The position numbers were made by a program, and so were the translations under genes. A DNA stretch of 26,779 nt from Verrucomicrobiales bacterium (GTDB lineage Bacteria; Verrucomicrobiota; Verrucomicrobiia; Limisphaerales; SXQI01): NCBI GenBank assembly GCA_028293365.1, contig JAQGOX010000518.1, positions 1 to 26,779 on the forward strand, read 5' to 3'. Below, piece after piece: positions 18,772 to 26,779 of the stretch (its first letter is position 1; each line of letters starts with the position of its first letter). The notes beneath the pieces were generated by a model, which worked only from the letters and a program-made list of their open reading frames with translations, made no database searches and was not told where the DNA came from.

Positions 18772-18999
18772 TCAGCCTTGGTATTTGAAAGACAACTGCA
18801 CACGCGCGCGGAATGCCTTCACTTTGCCGTTCTCGACCGTCACGTCGGTTTTAATGACTTCGGCAACGCGCAGGTCGCGCAGCGATCGAGCCGCGGTCTC
18901 TACCGCATTCTTCGCGGCTTCTTCCCACGATTTCGTGCTGGTCCCGATTATTTCCGTTACTCTATATACCGAGTCTGTCCCATTAGTTTGTTTTGCCAT
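18772..18999 (-). CDS. Dodecin (flavin/CoA-binding)
   Basis: 75 aa, SVYRVTEIIGTSTKSWEEAAKNAVETAARSLRDLRVAEV...FRARVQLSFKY. A-rich leader with AAGGA RBS. Confidence 0.93.
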   Translation of the reverse strand: MAKQTNGTDSVYRVTEIIGTSTKSWEEAAKNAVETAARSLRDLRVAEVIKTDVTVENGKVKAFRARVQLSFKYQG

Positions 19000-19125
19000 A
19001 ATGCATCCTTTCTTTGTTTGTTGTTTTTATGGTGCTGCCGAAATTTGTGTTCATCAGGCTACAGCCCGTTCTTTCTCATATTCGCTCAGCGTTAAATCAG
19101 TGCCGCTGACATTGGTTCCTGCGGT

Positions 19126-21534
19126 TCAGTGGCTCAGGGCCACGGGCATTTCCTTCCTGTCTTTAGTGACCGCCGATGGCTCGGGTTTGGTTTCATTTGC
19201 CGAGGCATGGTGGTTTATGATTAGCCGGGAACCACGCTGGCCTGTCAGGAACGTCCAGACCCACTGGACGAAAACGCTTACCCGAAGATTGGCCGTTGCG
19301 AGAAACTGGATGTGGATCGCTGCCCAGCCGAGCCAGGCGAACAATCCGCTTAAATGAATCTTGCCGCTCTGCATGATCGCAAAGCCCTTGCCAACCACTG
19401 CCATGTTGCCTTTATCGAAATAACGGAATGGCGGCGGCGCCGCTTTCCCCGACAGGCGTTTCGCAAGCAGTCTTCCGGCGTACCGCCCGCCCTGAATCGC
19501 CACCTGGGCCACACCCGGCAGCGGCTTCCCGTCCTGCTGAAGCGACGCCGTATCGCCGACCACAAAAATCTCCGGATGTCCAGGCACAGTGAGATCGGGC
19601 TGCACTTTGACGCGCCCCGCGCGATCGGTTTCCACTCCCAGCCATTTGCCCGCCGGGGATGGAGCCACTCCAGCCGTCCAGATGACTGTCCTGCTCGCGA
19701 TCCTCTCGCCGCCGACGATCACACCCTCGTCGTCAATTTTATCAACGCCGTGGCCCAGGCGCACCTCAACACCCAAGTCCTCCAGGTGTTTCCTGGCTGC
19801 TTCCGAAAGGCCTTCGGCGAATGTGCCCAGCACGCGATTCGCCATGTCCAGGAGAATGATTCGAGCCGAGAGCGGGTCAATCCGTCTGAATTCCGAGTAC
19901 AGCGTGGTCCGCACCATGACGGCCAGCGCGGCGGCCATTTCAACGCCGGTCGGCCCTGCGCCCACCAGAACGAAGGTGAGGAGGTCCCGGTGCCGGCCGG
20001 GGTCCTCTTCAGCCTCCGCTTGTTCGAAGGCTTGGAGGAGGCGATTTCGAATGGCCACGGCATCCGCCAGGCTCTTCAGGCCGGGAGCGAAGCGTTCGAA
20101 TTCATCGTGCCCGAAATAACTATGGCGCTGGCCAGTCGCGAGTACGAGATAGTCGTATGGGATCTGCACTTCCGAACGATCCGCCGAGTTGGCGAGAACA
20201 TAACGCTCCTCTTTGTTGACGCCGGTTACCTCTCCAAGGATTACGGTCGTGTTGCTTTGCTTGCCCAGGATGCCCCTAATCGGAGCACTGATTTGGCCCG
20301 GCGCCAGAACCGATGTCGCCACCTGGTAAAGCAATGGTTGAAAAACGTGGTGATTGGAGCGGTCAATCAAAACCACTTCGGCTGGAGTCAAACGGAGCGC
20401 TTTGGCTGCCGCCAGGCCGCCGAAGCCCCCACCGACGATAACGATACGGGCCACATGATCATTCATAGTTTCTTCTCCTCTCAGTTCGTATAACGGTTGA
20501 TCGTCCAGCCTGAGGCTGACTTTTCCGGCATAACGCCGGGAAATAAAATTGGAATAGGCGAAGGACAATGCGAGGGCGATTGGGAACCAAACGGAAGCCA
20601 GCACCAAAGCGTTGTGGCTGGAAGCGACGGCGTATGCGGTCAGTGAATTCTCCGGAGCAAGGGTTGAATGCAGCATCACCGGGAAGAGAGCTGCGGCTCC
20701 GGTTGCCAGCACGCCCACGATGAGGCCATTCGAACCAACGAACGCGCGCATTTCGCTGCGAGCAGCCAGGCCGGAAACAAGCGTGACGGCTGAGGCGACG
20801 ATGACAAGCACTCCAAGCCAGCAAATGGACTTGTGCACAGCCTCGTGGAACAAGTCTGGACGCACAATCCATGACTCTACCGAGAGCGCGAAGAAGAGCG
20901 GCACGACCGCGACCCAGAGACGCTTCGCGTACCTGGCGGCGCGGTCATGCACGGGGCCTTCTGTCTTCAGCGTGAGGTAAGTCGCGCCGTGTGCTGCCAG
21001 CAGGACGGTTACAAAAATGGCGGCAGATATCGTGTACCAATCGAAAAGCCCCACATTGCCGCGTGTCCTAAAATCCGTGAAGAATGCCATCGAGAAATTC
21101 CCGTTGCCGTCGAGTGGAACGCCCCGTTCGAGATTGCCTGCTGCAACTCCGAAAAGGATCGCCAGCAGGAAATTGGCGAACACGAAAACGAAATCCCAAA
21201 ATCCCTGCCAGAGTCGGTCATTGATGTGCCCCGCAACTTCGAGCGCGACGCCACGCAGAATCAGCCCCCACAGAATCAGCATCAGCGCCAGGTAATATCC
21301 GGCGAACGCCGGGCCCATGAGCTTGGGAAACACCGCGAGCAATGCGCCGCCGAAACCGACCAGCCACACCTCGTGCCATGACCAAAGCGGGCCAATCGCT
21401 GCGACGACCTGGCGCCGCTCCTGTGGTGTTTTGGCGACGAACCAATGGAGCATCCCCGCCCCAAAATTGCGTCCGTCCAGTGCCACGTATGCAATGAGCA
21501 TCAAGCTGACAACGCCGAACCATATCCCAATCAT
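19126..21534 (-). CDS. cydB-ndh: Fusion of cytochrome bd ubiquinol oxidase subunit II (aa 1 to ~349) with type II NADH:quinone oxidoreductase (aa 357-802)
   Basis: The N-terminal part is a multi-TM CydB (LDG..FGAG, IGPLW..HEVWL, LRGVALE). The C-terminal part has GGGFGG, HHVFQPLLYQVAT, VGAGPTGVE, WTAGV, AQVAIQ and FRYFDKG. There is no stop between them. The NDH-2 part has its own GAGGAG and ATG at 20466. Confidence 0.9.
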   Translation of the reverse strand: MIGIWFGVVSLMLIAYVALDGRNFGAGMLHWFVAKTPQERRQVVAAIGPLWSWHEVWLVGFGGALLAVFPKLMGPAFAGYYLALMLILWGLILRGVALEVAGHINDRLWQGFWDFVFVFANFLLAILFGVAAGNLERGVPLDGNGNFSMAFFTDFRTRGNVGLFDWYTISAAIFVTVLLAAHGATYLTLKTEGPVHDRAARYAKRLWVAVVPLFFALSVESWIVRPDLFHEAVHKSICWLGVLVIVASAVTLVSGLAARSEMRAFVGSNGLIVGVLATGAAALFPVMLHSTLAPENSLTAYAVASSHNALVLASVWFPIALALSFAYSNFISRRYAGKVSLRLDDQPLYELRGEETMNDHVARIVIVGGGFGGLAAAKALRLTPAEVVLIDRSNHHVFQPLLYQVATSVLAPGQISAPIRGILGKQSNTTVILGEVTGVNKEERYVLANSADRSEVQIPYDYLVLATGQRHSYFGHDEFERFAPGLKSLADAVAIRNRLLQAFEQAEAEEDPGRHRDLLTFVLVGAGPTGVEMAAALAVMVRTTLYSEFRRIDPLSARIILLDMANRVLGTFAEGLSEAARKHLEDLGVEVRLGHGVDKIDDEGVIVGGERIASRTVIWTAGVAPSPAGKWLGVETDRAGRVKVQPDLTVPGHPEIFVVGDTASLQQDGKPLPGVAQVAIQGGRYAGRLLAKRLSGKAAPPPFRYFDKGNMAVVGKGFAIMQSGKIHLSGLFAWLGWAAIHIQFLATANLRVSVFVQWVWTFLTGQRGSRLIINHHASANETKPEPSAVTKDRKEMPVALSH

Positions 21535-23015
21535 AGCGACGTCTCCTTTAAACTTCCGGCAGCCACACCGTTGTTGGAACGGGAGCCGTTGCCGTTGCTC
21601 GCGACCGATGTAGTCGCCGACGTGAGGAGGCGGTCCGATGCCGCGTCCGAATCAGCGTCCTTACGTCGGCGGCTACGTGTGGCTTCCTTGTCCGGACCGT
21701 GGCCGATCTCCCGGCCGACTAGAAAGAGGAAAAGCAGACCGAGCACAAAATAGAGACCAGTAAAACCAATCAGGGTGAAAATCGTGTTGCCGTTGCTCAC
21801 CACCTGACTATAGCCGTCAGCCGTGTGAAAAAGGCCGTGGATGAGCCATGGCTGCCGTCCCAGTTCGGCGGTCATCCAGCCCAGGGTGTTGGCGATATAG
21901 GGAAACGGTAACGCCAGCATCAGGACCCAGAGGAGCAACCTGCTGGACTCCAGACGGCCGAGCAAATTCTGCAAAGTTGCGAGGCCCATGAGGAAAATGA
22001 AAATCGTCCCCAGCGTGATCATGATATGAAACGAGTAGTACAACAGCTCAATGTTGTCGGGCCATGTTTCCTTCGGATAATCCTCCAGGCCGTGCACGTA
22101 ACTCCCAAAATGGCCGTAGGCAAGGAAACTAAGTGCGCCCGGAACTTCGATAGGATTGTCCAGTCGCCGCGCTGCGACATTGGGTTGGCCGATAACCGCT
22201 ACCCCCGCTTTGGTGCCGCCCTCAAATTTGCCCTCCATGGCGGCGAGCGTGATGGGCTGATGACGGCCTACCATCTTGGCCTGCTGGTCGCCGCTCGGAA
22301 ACGCAACCAGGAGCGACGCAACCAACCCGGCAAATGTCCCGCCACCAAGATAGAGTCGAGCTTGCGTCCGGTGCAGCCCGCGCAAGGCGTAAAAGGCGCC
22401 CACTGCAGCCACCACGAACGAGCCGGTCACCAGCGCCGCCATTTGATTATGGGCGAACTGCACCCAGGCCCATGCATTCAATAAGTAGGCGCTTAGACTG
22501 GCGATGCCAAGCGAGCCGTCGGCTTCGATTCGATAGCCCACCGGATGCTGCATGAATGAATTGGTGACCAGAATGAAGTAGCCGGAAAGCCAACTCCCGA
22601 CTGCGACCGCCAGCGCCGCCAGGAAGTGATATCGCGGCCCGAGCCGTTTCTCGCCCCAGATCAGTGCGCCGACGAAAGCGCTCTCGAGAAAGAACGCGAA
22701 CAACCCTTCCATCGCCAGGGTCTGTCCGATCACACTCCCGGCATACTTGGAGAAACCCGCCCAGTTTGTTCCAAACTGAAACTCCATCGGAATGCCGGTG
22801 ACGACACCCAGGGCGAAATTCAGTCCGAAAATCTTCGCCCAGAACCGAGCGGCTTGATTGTAGCTTTCATCTCCCGTCCTGAGGGCGCGCCATTTCCAGT
22901 AAACCAAAAACCAGGCCAGCCCCATGGTAAGCTGCGGAAAGAGGTAGTGATAGGTTATCGTGAAGCCAAACTGCAACCGGCTCCAAAACGCAGGATTGGA
23001 TAGATTTGAGTTCAT
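21531..23015 (-). CDS. cydA: Cytochrome bd ubiquinol oxidase subunit I (short Q-loop)
   Basis: RLQF...H23 (heme ligand), [36 protein letters not shown] and AELGRQPW. Carries a low-complexity C-terminal tail. Confidence 0.95.
   Translation of the reverse strand: MNSNLSNPAFWSRLQFGFTITYHYLFPQLTMGLAWFLVYWKWRALRTGDESYNQAARFWAKIFGLNFALGVVTGIPMEFQFGTNWAGFSKYAGSVIGQTLAMEGLFAFFLESAFVGALIWGEKRLGPRYHFLAALAVAVGSWLSGYFILVTNSFMQHPVGYRIEADGSLGIASLSAYLLNAWAWVQFAHNQMAALVTGSFVVAAVGAFYALRGLHRTQARLYLGGGTFAGLVASLLVAFPSGDQQAKMVGRHQPITLAAMEGKFEGGTKAGVAVIGQPNVAARRLDNPIEVPGALSFLAYGHFGSYVHGLEDYPKETWPDNIELLYYSFHIMITLGTIFIFLMGLATLQNLLGRLESSRLLLWVLMLALPFPYIANTLGWMTAELGRQPWLIHGLFHTADGYSQVVSNGNTIFTLIGFTGLYFVLGLLFLFLVGREIGHGPDKEATRSRRRKDADSDAASDRLLTSATTSVASNGNGSRSNNGVAAGSLKETSL
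21610..21676. repeat. REP-like palindrome (GTAGCCGCCGACGTGAGGAGGC type) in frame within the cydA 3' end
   Basis: Arms at 21610-21631 and 21655-21676 match 19/22 as an inverted repeat. Encodes [23 protein letters not shown]. Confidence 0.85.
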
Positions 23016-24439
23016 TGTTCCAAAACCCCGCAGCGTGATTGGGAACCTGGAGAGATGGGCAGCAACCCATCGATCGCGGCAAAAGATGTCTCAAAATCCA
23101 GTTCCAATCGGTAGCGCGCCAGGTCCGCCACGCTAATCATCAGCAGACCGTGCTTCTTACAGAATCGGATCAGGTCGGGAACGCGTGCCATCGTCCCATC
23201 GTCGTTGAGGATCTCACAGATTACGCCGACGGGATAAAATCCCGCGAGACTGGCGAGATCAACAGCGGCTTCCGTTTGGCCGCGCCGCTCCAGAACGCCG
23301 CCCTCGCGAGAGCGCAGCGGAAAGACATGACCTGGCCGGGCAAAGTCTTCCGGGCGACTGTTTGTATCAGCGAGGGCCCAAATGGTCTGAGCCCGATCGT
23401 GCGCTGAAATGCCAGTCGTCACATCGGGACCTTTCACATCAGTCGAAATCGTGAACGCCGTGCCGCCTAACGCGGTGTTATCCGGCACCATCGAGCCAAG
23501 CGCCAATTCGTCGAGGCGCTCACCGGCCATGGCCACGCAGATCAATCCTCGTCCATGCATCGCCATGAAATTGATGGCCTCTGGCGTGATCATTTCCGCC
23601 GCCATCGTCAGGTCGCCTTCGTTCTCGCGATCTTCATCGTCAACCACGACGATCATGCGACCCGCCTTAAAGTCGCGAATAGCCTCTTCGATACTTGCAA
23701 ACTGGAACGGATCATGATTTTCGTGACCGCCGGCTTGAGGAGACTCCGATTTCGAAATTTCAAATTTCAAATGAGAGATTTTGGATGGGGCCTCCTCGCG
23801 TCGGCTGCTACTCGATACAAGGGTTAGGGTGTGCCCCATTTTTTCCTTCTTGGTCCGCAAGTAATCCAGGGAGTGTTCGGTAGGCGTGATTTCACAGGAA
23901 ACTTGTTCGACAACGTCAATGCCGGCATCGAGCAAGGCGCGAGTCTTGTTGGGATTATTCGATAAAAGACGAACTCGCGAGACGCCAAGTTGCTGAAGAA
24001 TCGCGGCTGGCAGGCCGAAATCCCGATAATCGGCCCTGAAACCCAGCGCATGATTTGCTTCGACAGTATCAAGGCCGGCGTCCTGTAGCTCGTAAGCGAG
24101 TAGCTTGTCCAGTAAGCCAATGCCGCGACCTTCCTGATATTCGTAGATCAGCAGTCCGCGCCCTGCGGCAGAAATGGCTTGCATAGCGATCTCCAACTGC
24201 TCTCCGCAGTCACAGCGCAAGGACCCGAATATTTCGCCGGTGACGCACTGCGAATGAATTCGCAGCAACGGCGCCTCCTCGGTCACATCGCCCAGAACGA
24301 GCGCCAGCGCGGTTTCAACCCGGCGGTCGCCATTCGAGTTTTCGCGCTCGAACCCGATGGCTCGAAATAAACCCCATTTGGTCGGCATTCGGGTATTGGC
24401 AACTCCTCGCACCGTTCCGTCTTGCGTTCTTGTTTTCAT
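23012..24439 (-). CDS. ribA-ribB: Fusion of GTP cyclohydrolase II (N-terminal) with 3,4-dihydroxy-2-butanone-4-phosphate synthase (C-terminal)
   Basis: RibA motifs [38 protein letters not shown] and KMGH. RibB motifs [29 protein letters not shown] and [16 protein letters not shown] before ATG 24439. Confidence 0.93.
   Translation of the reverse strand: MKTRTQDGTVRGVANTRMPTKWGLFRAIGFERENSNGDRRVETALALVLGDVTEEAPLLRIHSQCVTGEIFGSLRCDCGEQLEIAMQAISAAGRGLLIYEYQEGRGIGLLDKLLAYELQDAGLDTVEANHALGFRADYRDFGLPAAILQQLGVSRVRLLSNNPNKTRALLDAGIDVVEQVSCEITPTEHSLDYLRTKKEKMGHTLTLVSSSSRREEAPSKISHLKFEISKSESPQAGGHENHDPFQFASIEEAIRDFKAGRMIVVVDDEDRENEGDLTMAAEMITPEAINFMAMHGRGLICVAMAGERLDELALGSMVPDNTALGGTAFTISTDVKGPDVTTGISAHDRAQTIWALADTNSRPEDFARPGHVFPLRSREGGVLERRGQTEAAVDLASLAGFYPVGVICEILNDDGTMARVPDLIRFCKKHGLLMISVADLARYRLELDFETSFAAIDGLLPISPGSQSRCGVLEQ
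23723..23811. repeat. Degenerate copy of the same REP-like palindrome, forming the RibA-RibB linker
   Basis: Arms at 23723-23747 and 23787-23811 match 17/25 as an inverted repeat. The right arm (revcomp GTAGCAGCCGACGCGAGGAGGC) resembles the cydA copy. The loop contains tandem ATTTC(G/A)A units. Confidence 0.75.
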
Positions 24440-24464
24440 ATTCGTCCTTCGAGCAAGTGCCCGG

Positions 24465-25250
24465 CTAGGCAACCGCCACTGGTTCCTTCATTCTGGAGAA
24501 ATTCGGCGGGCGCTTCTCGAGGAACGCCGCGAACGCTTCCTTGGCTTCCGCGGAGCGCACGTGGACGGAGAATTCCTCGTTCTCGCGCTTTACCGCCTGC
24601 TCAAGTTGCTCGCGCGTTGACTGCTTCATCAGTCGCTTGCAGGCCTGGAGCGCGTGTGGCGCTTTCGCTGCCAGCTTCTGAGCCGTATCGGTCGCGGTCG
24701 CGAGCAAGTTCTGATCCGGCACAACCTGTGTCACCAATCCAAGCTCCGCGGCCCGCCTGGCGTCGAAAAAGTGGCCCGTCAGAATCAACTCAGCCGCACG
24801 GAGGTATCCGATCCGTGCCGGAATCGTGCAGCTCGATCCGAACTCCGGCACCAGGGCGAGATTGACGAACGGTATTTGGAATTTTGCGCTCTCACCCGCG
24901 TACACGAAGTCACAGTGCATTAACATCGTGGTTCCTCCTCCGATTGCGGCGCCATGGACCGCGGTGACGATTGGTTTGTCGAAATCAATCAGCGCCTTGA
25001 TTAAGAGAGCTTGTGGACTTTCACCTGCCCCGGGAGGGTGCTTTACGAAATCTCCTATGTCATTCCCTGCGCAAAACGAATCTCCCGCGCCGTGCCAGAG
25101 TACGACGCGAATCTGATCGTCCTTGGCAGCCGCGTTGAATGCATCGGCCAAAACGATGTACATCGCCGACGTCATCGCGTTTTTCACTGCCGGCCGATTC
25201 AATTGGATCCTCAGGATGTTTCCGGAACGTTCGGTAACAATGTCAGTCAT
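24465..25250 (-). CDS. Crotonase-superfamily protein, enoyl-CoA isomerase-like
   Basis: [34 protein letters not shown] and FLEKRPPNF. Confidence 0.9.
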   Translation of the reverse strand: MTDIVTERSGNILRIQLNRPAVKNAMTSAMYIVLADAFNAAAKDDQIRVVLWHGAGDSFCAGNDIGDFVKHPPGAGESPQALLIKALIDFDKPIVTAVHGAAIGGGTTMLMHCDFVYAGESAKFQIPFVNLALVPEFGSSCTIPARIGYLRAAELILTGHFFDARRAAELGLVTQVVPDQNLLATATDTAQKLAAKAPHALQACKRLMKQSTREQLEQAVKRENEEFSVHVRSAEAKEAFAAFLEKRPPNFSRMKEPVAVA

Positions 25251-25260
25251 ACTCCACCTT

Positions 25261-26553
25261 CTATGCTTTCACCGCCGGTTGGTTGGGTTTCGATGCGGGT
25301 GCCGGACGCTCGCCTGGCTTTGCCGCCAACGTGGCGGGCTCGGTTATTTTTCCGATCGCGCCGCCCGCCCGCAGTCGCTCAATTGCCTTCGTGTCGAATC
25401 CCAGTTCTTTGAGAACCTCGTCGTTGTGTTCGCCGATTTCCGGCGCGCGTTTCGCGGGCACTTTGCTGACACCATGCACCTGAATCGGACTACTGATCGT
25501 GGAGGTTAGCTTGCCGCCCGCGCCTTCGAGCGGAACCACGATGTCATTCATCCGCAATTGCGGGTCATTAATCACTTCCTCTGGCCCGCGGACGGCCCCA
25601 AACGTGACGTGAACGCTGCTGAAGACCTCGGCCCAATGGGCCATCGGCTGCGCGGCGAAGACTTCATCGAGAACGGCCGTCAGTTGGGGCATGTTCGCCA
25701 CCAGCTTTACTGGATCGGAAAATCGCGGATCTGTTAAGAGATCGGTGCGACCGATGGCTTTCGCGACCGCCGCCAACTTGTCCGGTGTGACGACGAGGAG
25801 GAACCAGGTGTCATCGGCAGCCCGATACACGTTGAACGCGGCATTGGCGGGGTTCTTGCGATCGTGCAGTCCGTAGAATTCCGCCCCGCTCAGGGCGGCT
25901 TGGATTGAAACGCTCGCGGACCAGATACCCTCGGCGAGCAGCGAAGTTGTGACATGCGACCCGTTGCCGGTGCGCTCGCGACGATAGAGCGCGGTGACGA
26001 TCGCGGAATAGAGACCGACAGCTGTCGCGTTGTCACCGCTGCCGGCGACTGGCCAGGTAGGCGGCGCGCCGGCATCTCGAGTCATCGACAGCAACCCGCT
26101 GCGCGCCCAGTACGATGTGATATCGAAGCCTGGCAGCTCAGCATCAGGTCCGTTGTCCCCGAAACCTGTCACATCCGCATAGATCAGGCGCGGATTCCAA
26201 TGCACTACATCCTCGTATTCGAGCTTCAGTCGTTTCCGTGCTGGGTGGGGCGTGTTCACGATGAGCACGTCGGCCCATTTGACGAGTTTTTCGAGAACCT
26301 GCTGAGCGCTGGGCGATTTCAGATCGAGCGCAATGCCGCGCTTGTTGCGGTTGGCCAGGTGCCAGGGATACGCATCCTTCGCCCGCGGCTGCGGCGGAAT
26401 CTGGTGCCCATGTCTCCAGAGGTCGCCGGACGGCGGCTCCACTTTGATCACTTCAGCGCCAAAATCGGACAAGATTACCGCGGCGCTTGGGCCGGCGATA
26501 AAGCTTGCGAGGTCAACGACCTTTAAACCTGAAAAGATATTGTCATTCGTCAT
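25261..26553 (-). CDS. Family III CoA-transferase (CaiB/BaiF/Frc-like)
   Basis: GLKVVDLASFIAGP, FGAEVIKVEPP, NRNKR, NPRLIYADVTGFG and GSGD (catalytic Asp). AAGGAG RBS upstream. Confidence 0.93.
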   Translation of the reverse strand: MTNDNIFSGLKVVDLASFIAGPSAAVILSDFGAEVIKVEPPSGDLWRHGHQIPPQPRAKDAYPWHLANRNKRGIALDLKSPSAQQVLEKLVKWADVLIVNTPHPARKRLKLEYEDVVHWNPRLIYADVTGFGDNGPDAELPGFDITSYWARSGLLSMTRDAGAPPTWPVAGSGDNATAVGLYSAIVTALYRRERTGNGSHVTTSLLAEGIWSASVSIQAALSGAEFYGLHDRKNPANAAFNVYRAADDTWFLLVVTPDKLAAVAKAIGRTDLLTDPRFSDPVKLVANMPQLTAVLDEVFAAQPMAHWAEVFSSVHVTFGAVRGPEEVINDPQLRMNDIVVPLEGAGGKLTSTISSPIQVHGVSKVPAKRAPEIGEHNDEVLKELGFDTKAIERLRAGGAIGKITEPATLAAKPGERPAPASKPNQPAVKA

Positions 26554-26592
26554 AGTATTCTCTCCTTCGTTTGTTTATTTGATTTGCAACCG

Positions 26593-26779
26593 TCAGTGCC
26601 CCTGGAACTTCGCCGCGCGCTTTTCGAGGAACGCCGAAGTGCCTTCCTTCTTGTCCTCGGTGCCGGCGCATAGGCCGAAGAAAGAAGCTTCAAGTGACAA
26701 GCCTTCCGCCTGGCTGGTTTCCAATCCCTTGTTCACCGCTTCGAGCGAGTACTTCACGGCGATCGGCGCGTTGGAGAAA
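26593..26779 (-). CDS. Enoyl-CoA hydratase / crotonase, C-terminal fragment (5' end outside window)
   Basis: Translated by hand: FSNAPIAVKYSLEAVNKGLETSQAEGLSLEASFFGLCAGTEDKKEGTSAFLEKRAAKFQGH*. Confidence 0.88.
   Translation of the reverse strand, partial: FSNAPIAVKYSLEAVNKGLETSQAEGLSLEASFFGLCAGTEDKKEGTSAFLEKRAAKFQGH

Noticed and set aside
19000-19125. Possible small cydX/cydS subunit or leader peptide after ndh
   Set aside because: Only 6-codon ORFs are present, with no hydrophobic ~30-aa ORF.
23270-23290. Rib[10 protein letters not shown] instead of GHTE as a sign of a dead domain
   Set aside because: All other catalytic motifs are intact, and I recall Gln at this site in other natural RibB sequences. 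Not enough to call inactivity without an assay.
9706-23811. Repeats interpreted as a CRISPR array, IS ends or MITE with transposase
   Set aside because: Copies are isolated, not regularly spaced, and there is no cas or transposase gene. I found no flanking target duplication.
23012-24600. FMN riboswitch upstream of the rib genes
   Set aside because: ribA-ribB starts 25 nt after the crotonase stop, leaving no room, and no RFN consensus is visible.
55-25876. Many plus-strand ORFs of 60-380 aa (e.g. 19354-20493, 8493-9302, 1925-2617)
   Set aside because: They are antisense shadows of well-supported minus-strand genes in GC-rich DNA and show no family motifs.

Overview
GC-rich bacterial window in which all recognisable genes (about 23) lie on the minus strand, many joined by 4-nt stop/start overlaps (ATGA at 2512, 3213, 4181, 4969, 12468, 21531 and 23012; GTGA at 9864 and 13748). 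In transcription order (right to left): partial crotonase; family III CoA-transferase; enoyl-CoA isomerase-type crotonase; a reversed-order RibA-RibB fusion; cydA; a single ORF fusing CydB to a type II NADH dehydrogenase; dodecin; panB; panD; acyl-CoA ligase; a decayed alpha/beta hydrolase; a frameshift-split PAS/GAF HisKA_3 kinase and its NarL-type regulator; a TolC-YtcA-MdtN-FUSC efflux module; an MlaE/F/D plus PqiC-like ABC module coupled to a short hemA; a YcaC-like hydrolase; and a partial ABM-domain membrane protein. Highlights: (i) the CydB-NDH-2 fusion with a non-canonical cytochrome bd; (ii) co-clustering of only the entry steps of heme, flavin and CoA synthesis with the enzymes that use those cofactors; (iii) REP-like palindromes sitting in frame inside proteins, one forming the RibA-RibB linker. 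A Verrucomicrobiota origin is only an inference from the repeat style and the short HemA. No rRNA, tRNA, CRISPR array or transposase was seen. All family calls come from reading motifs; no database search was run.
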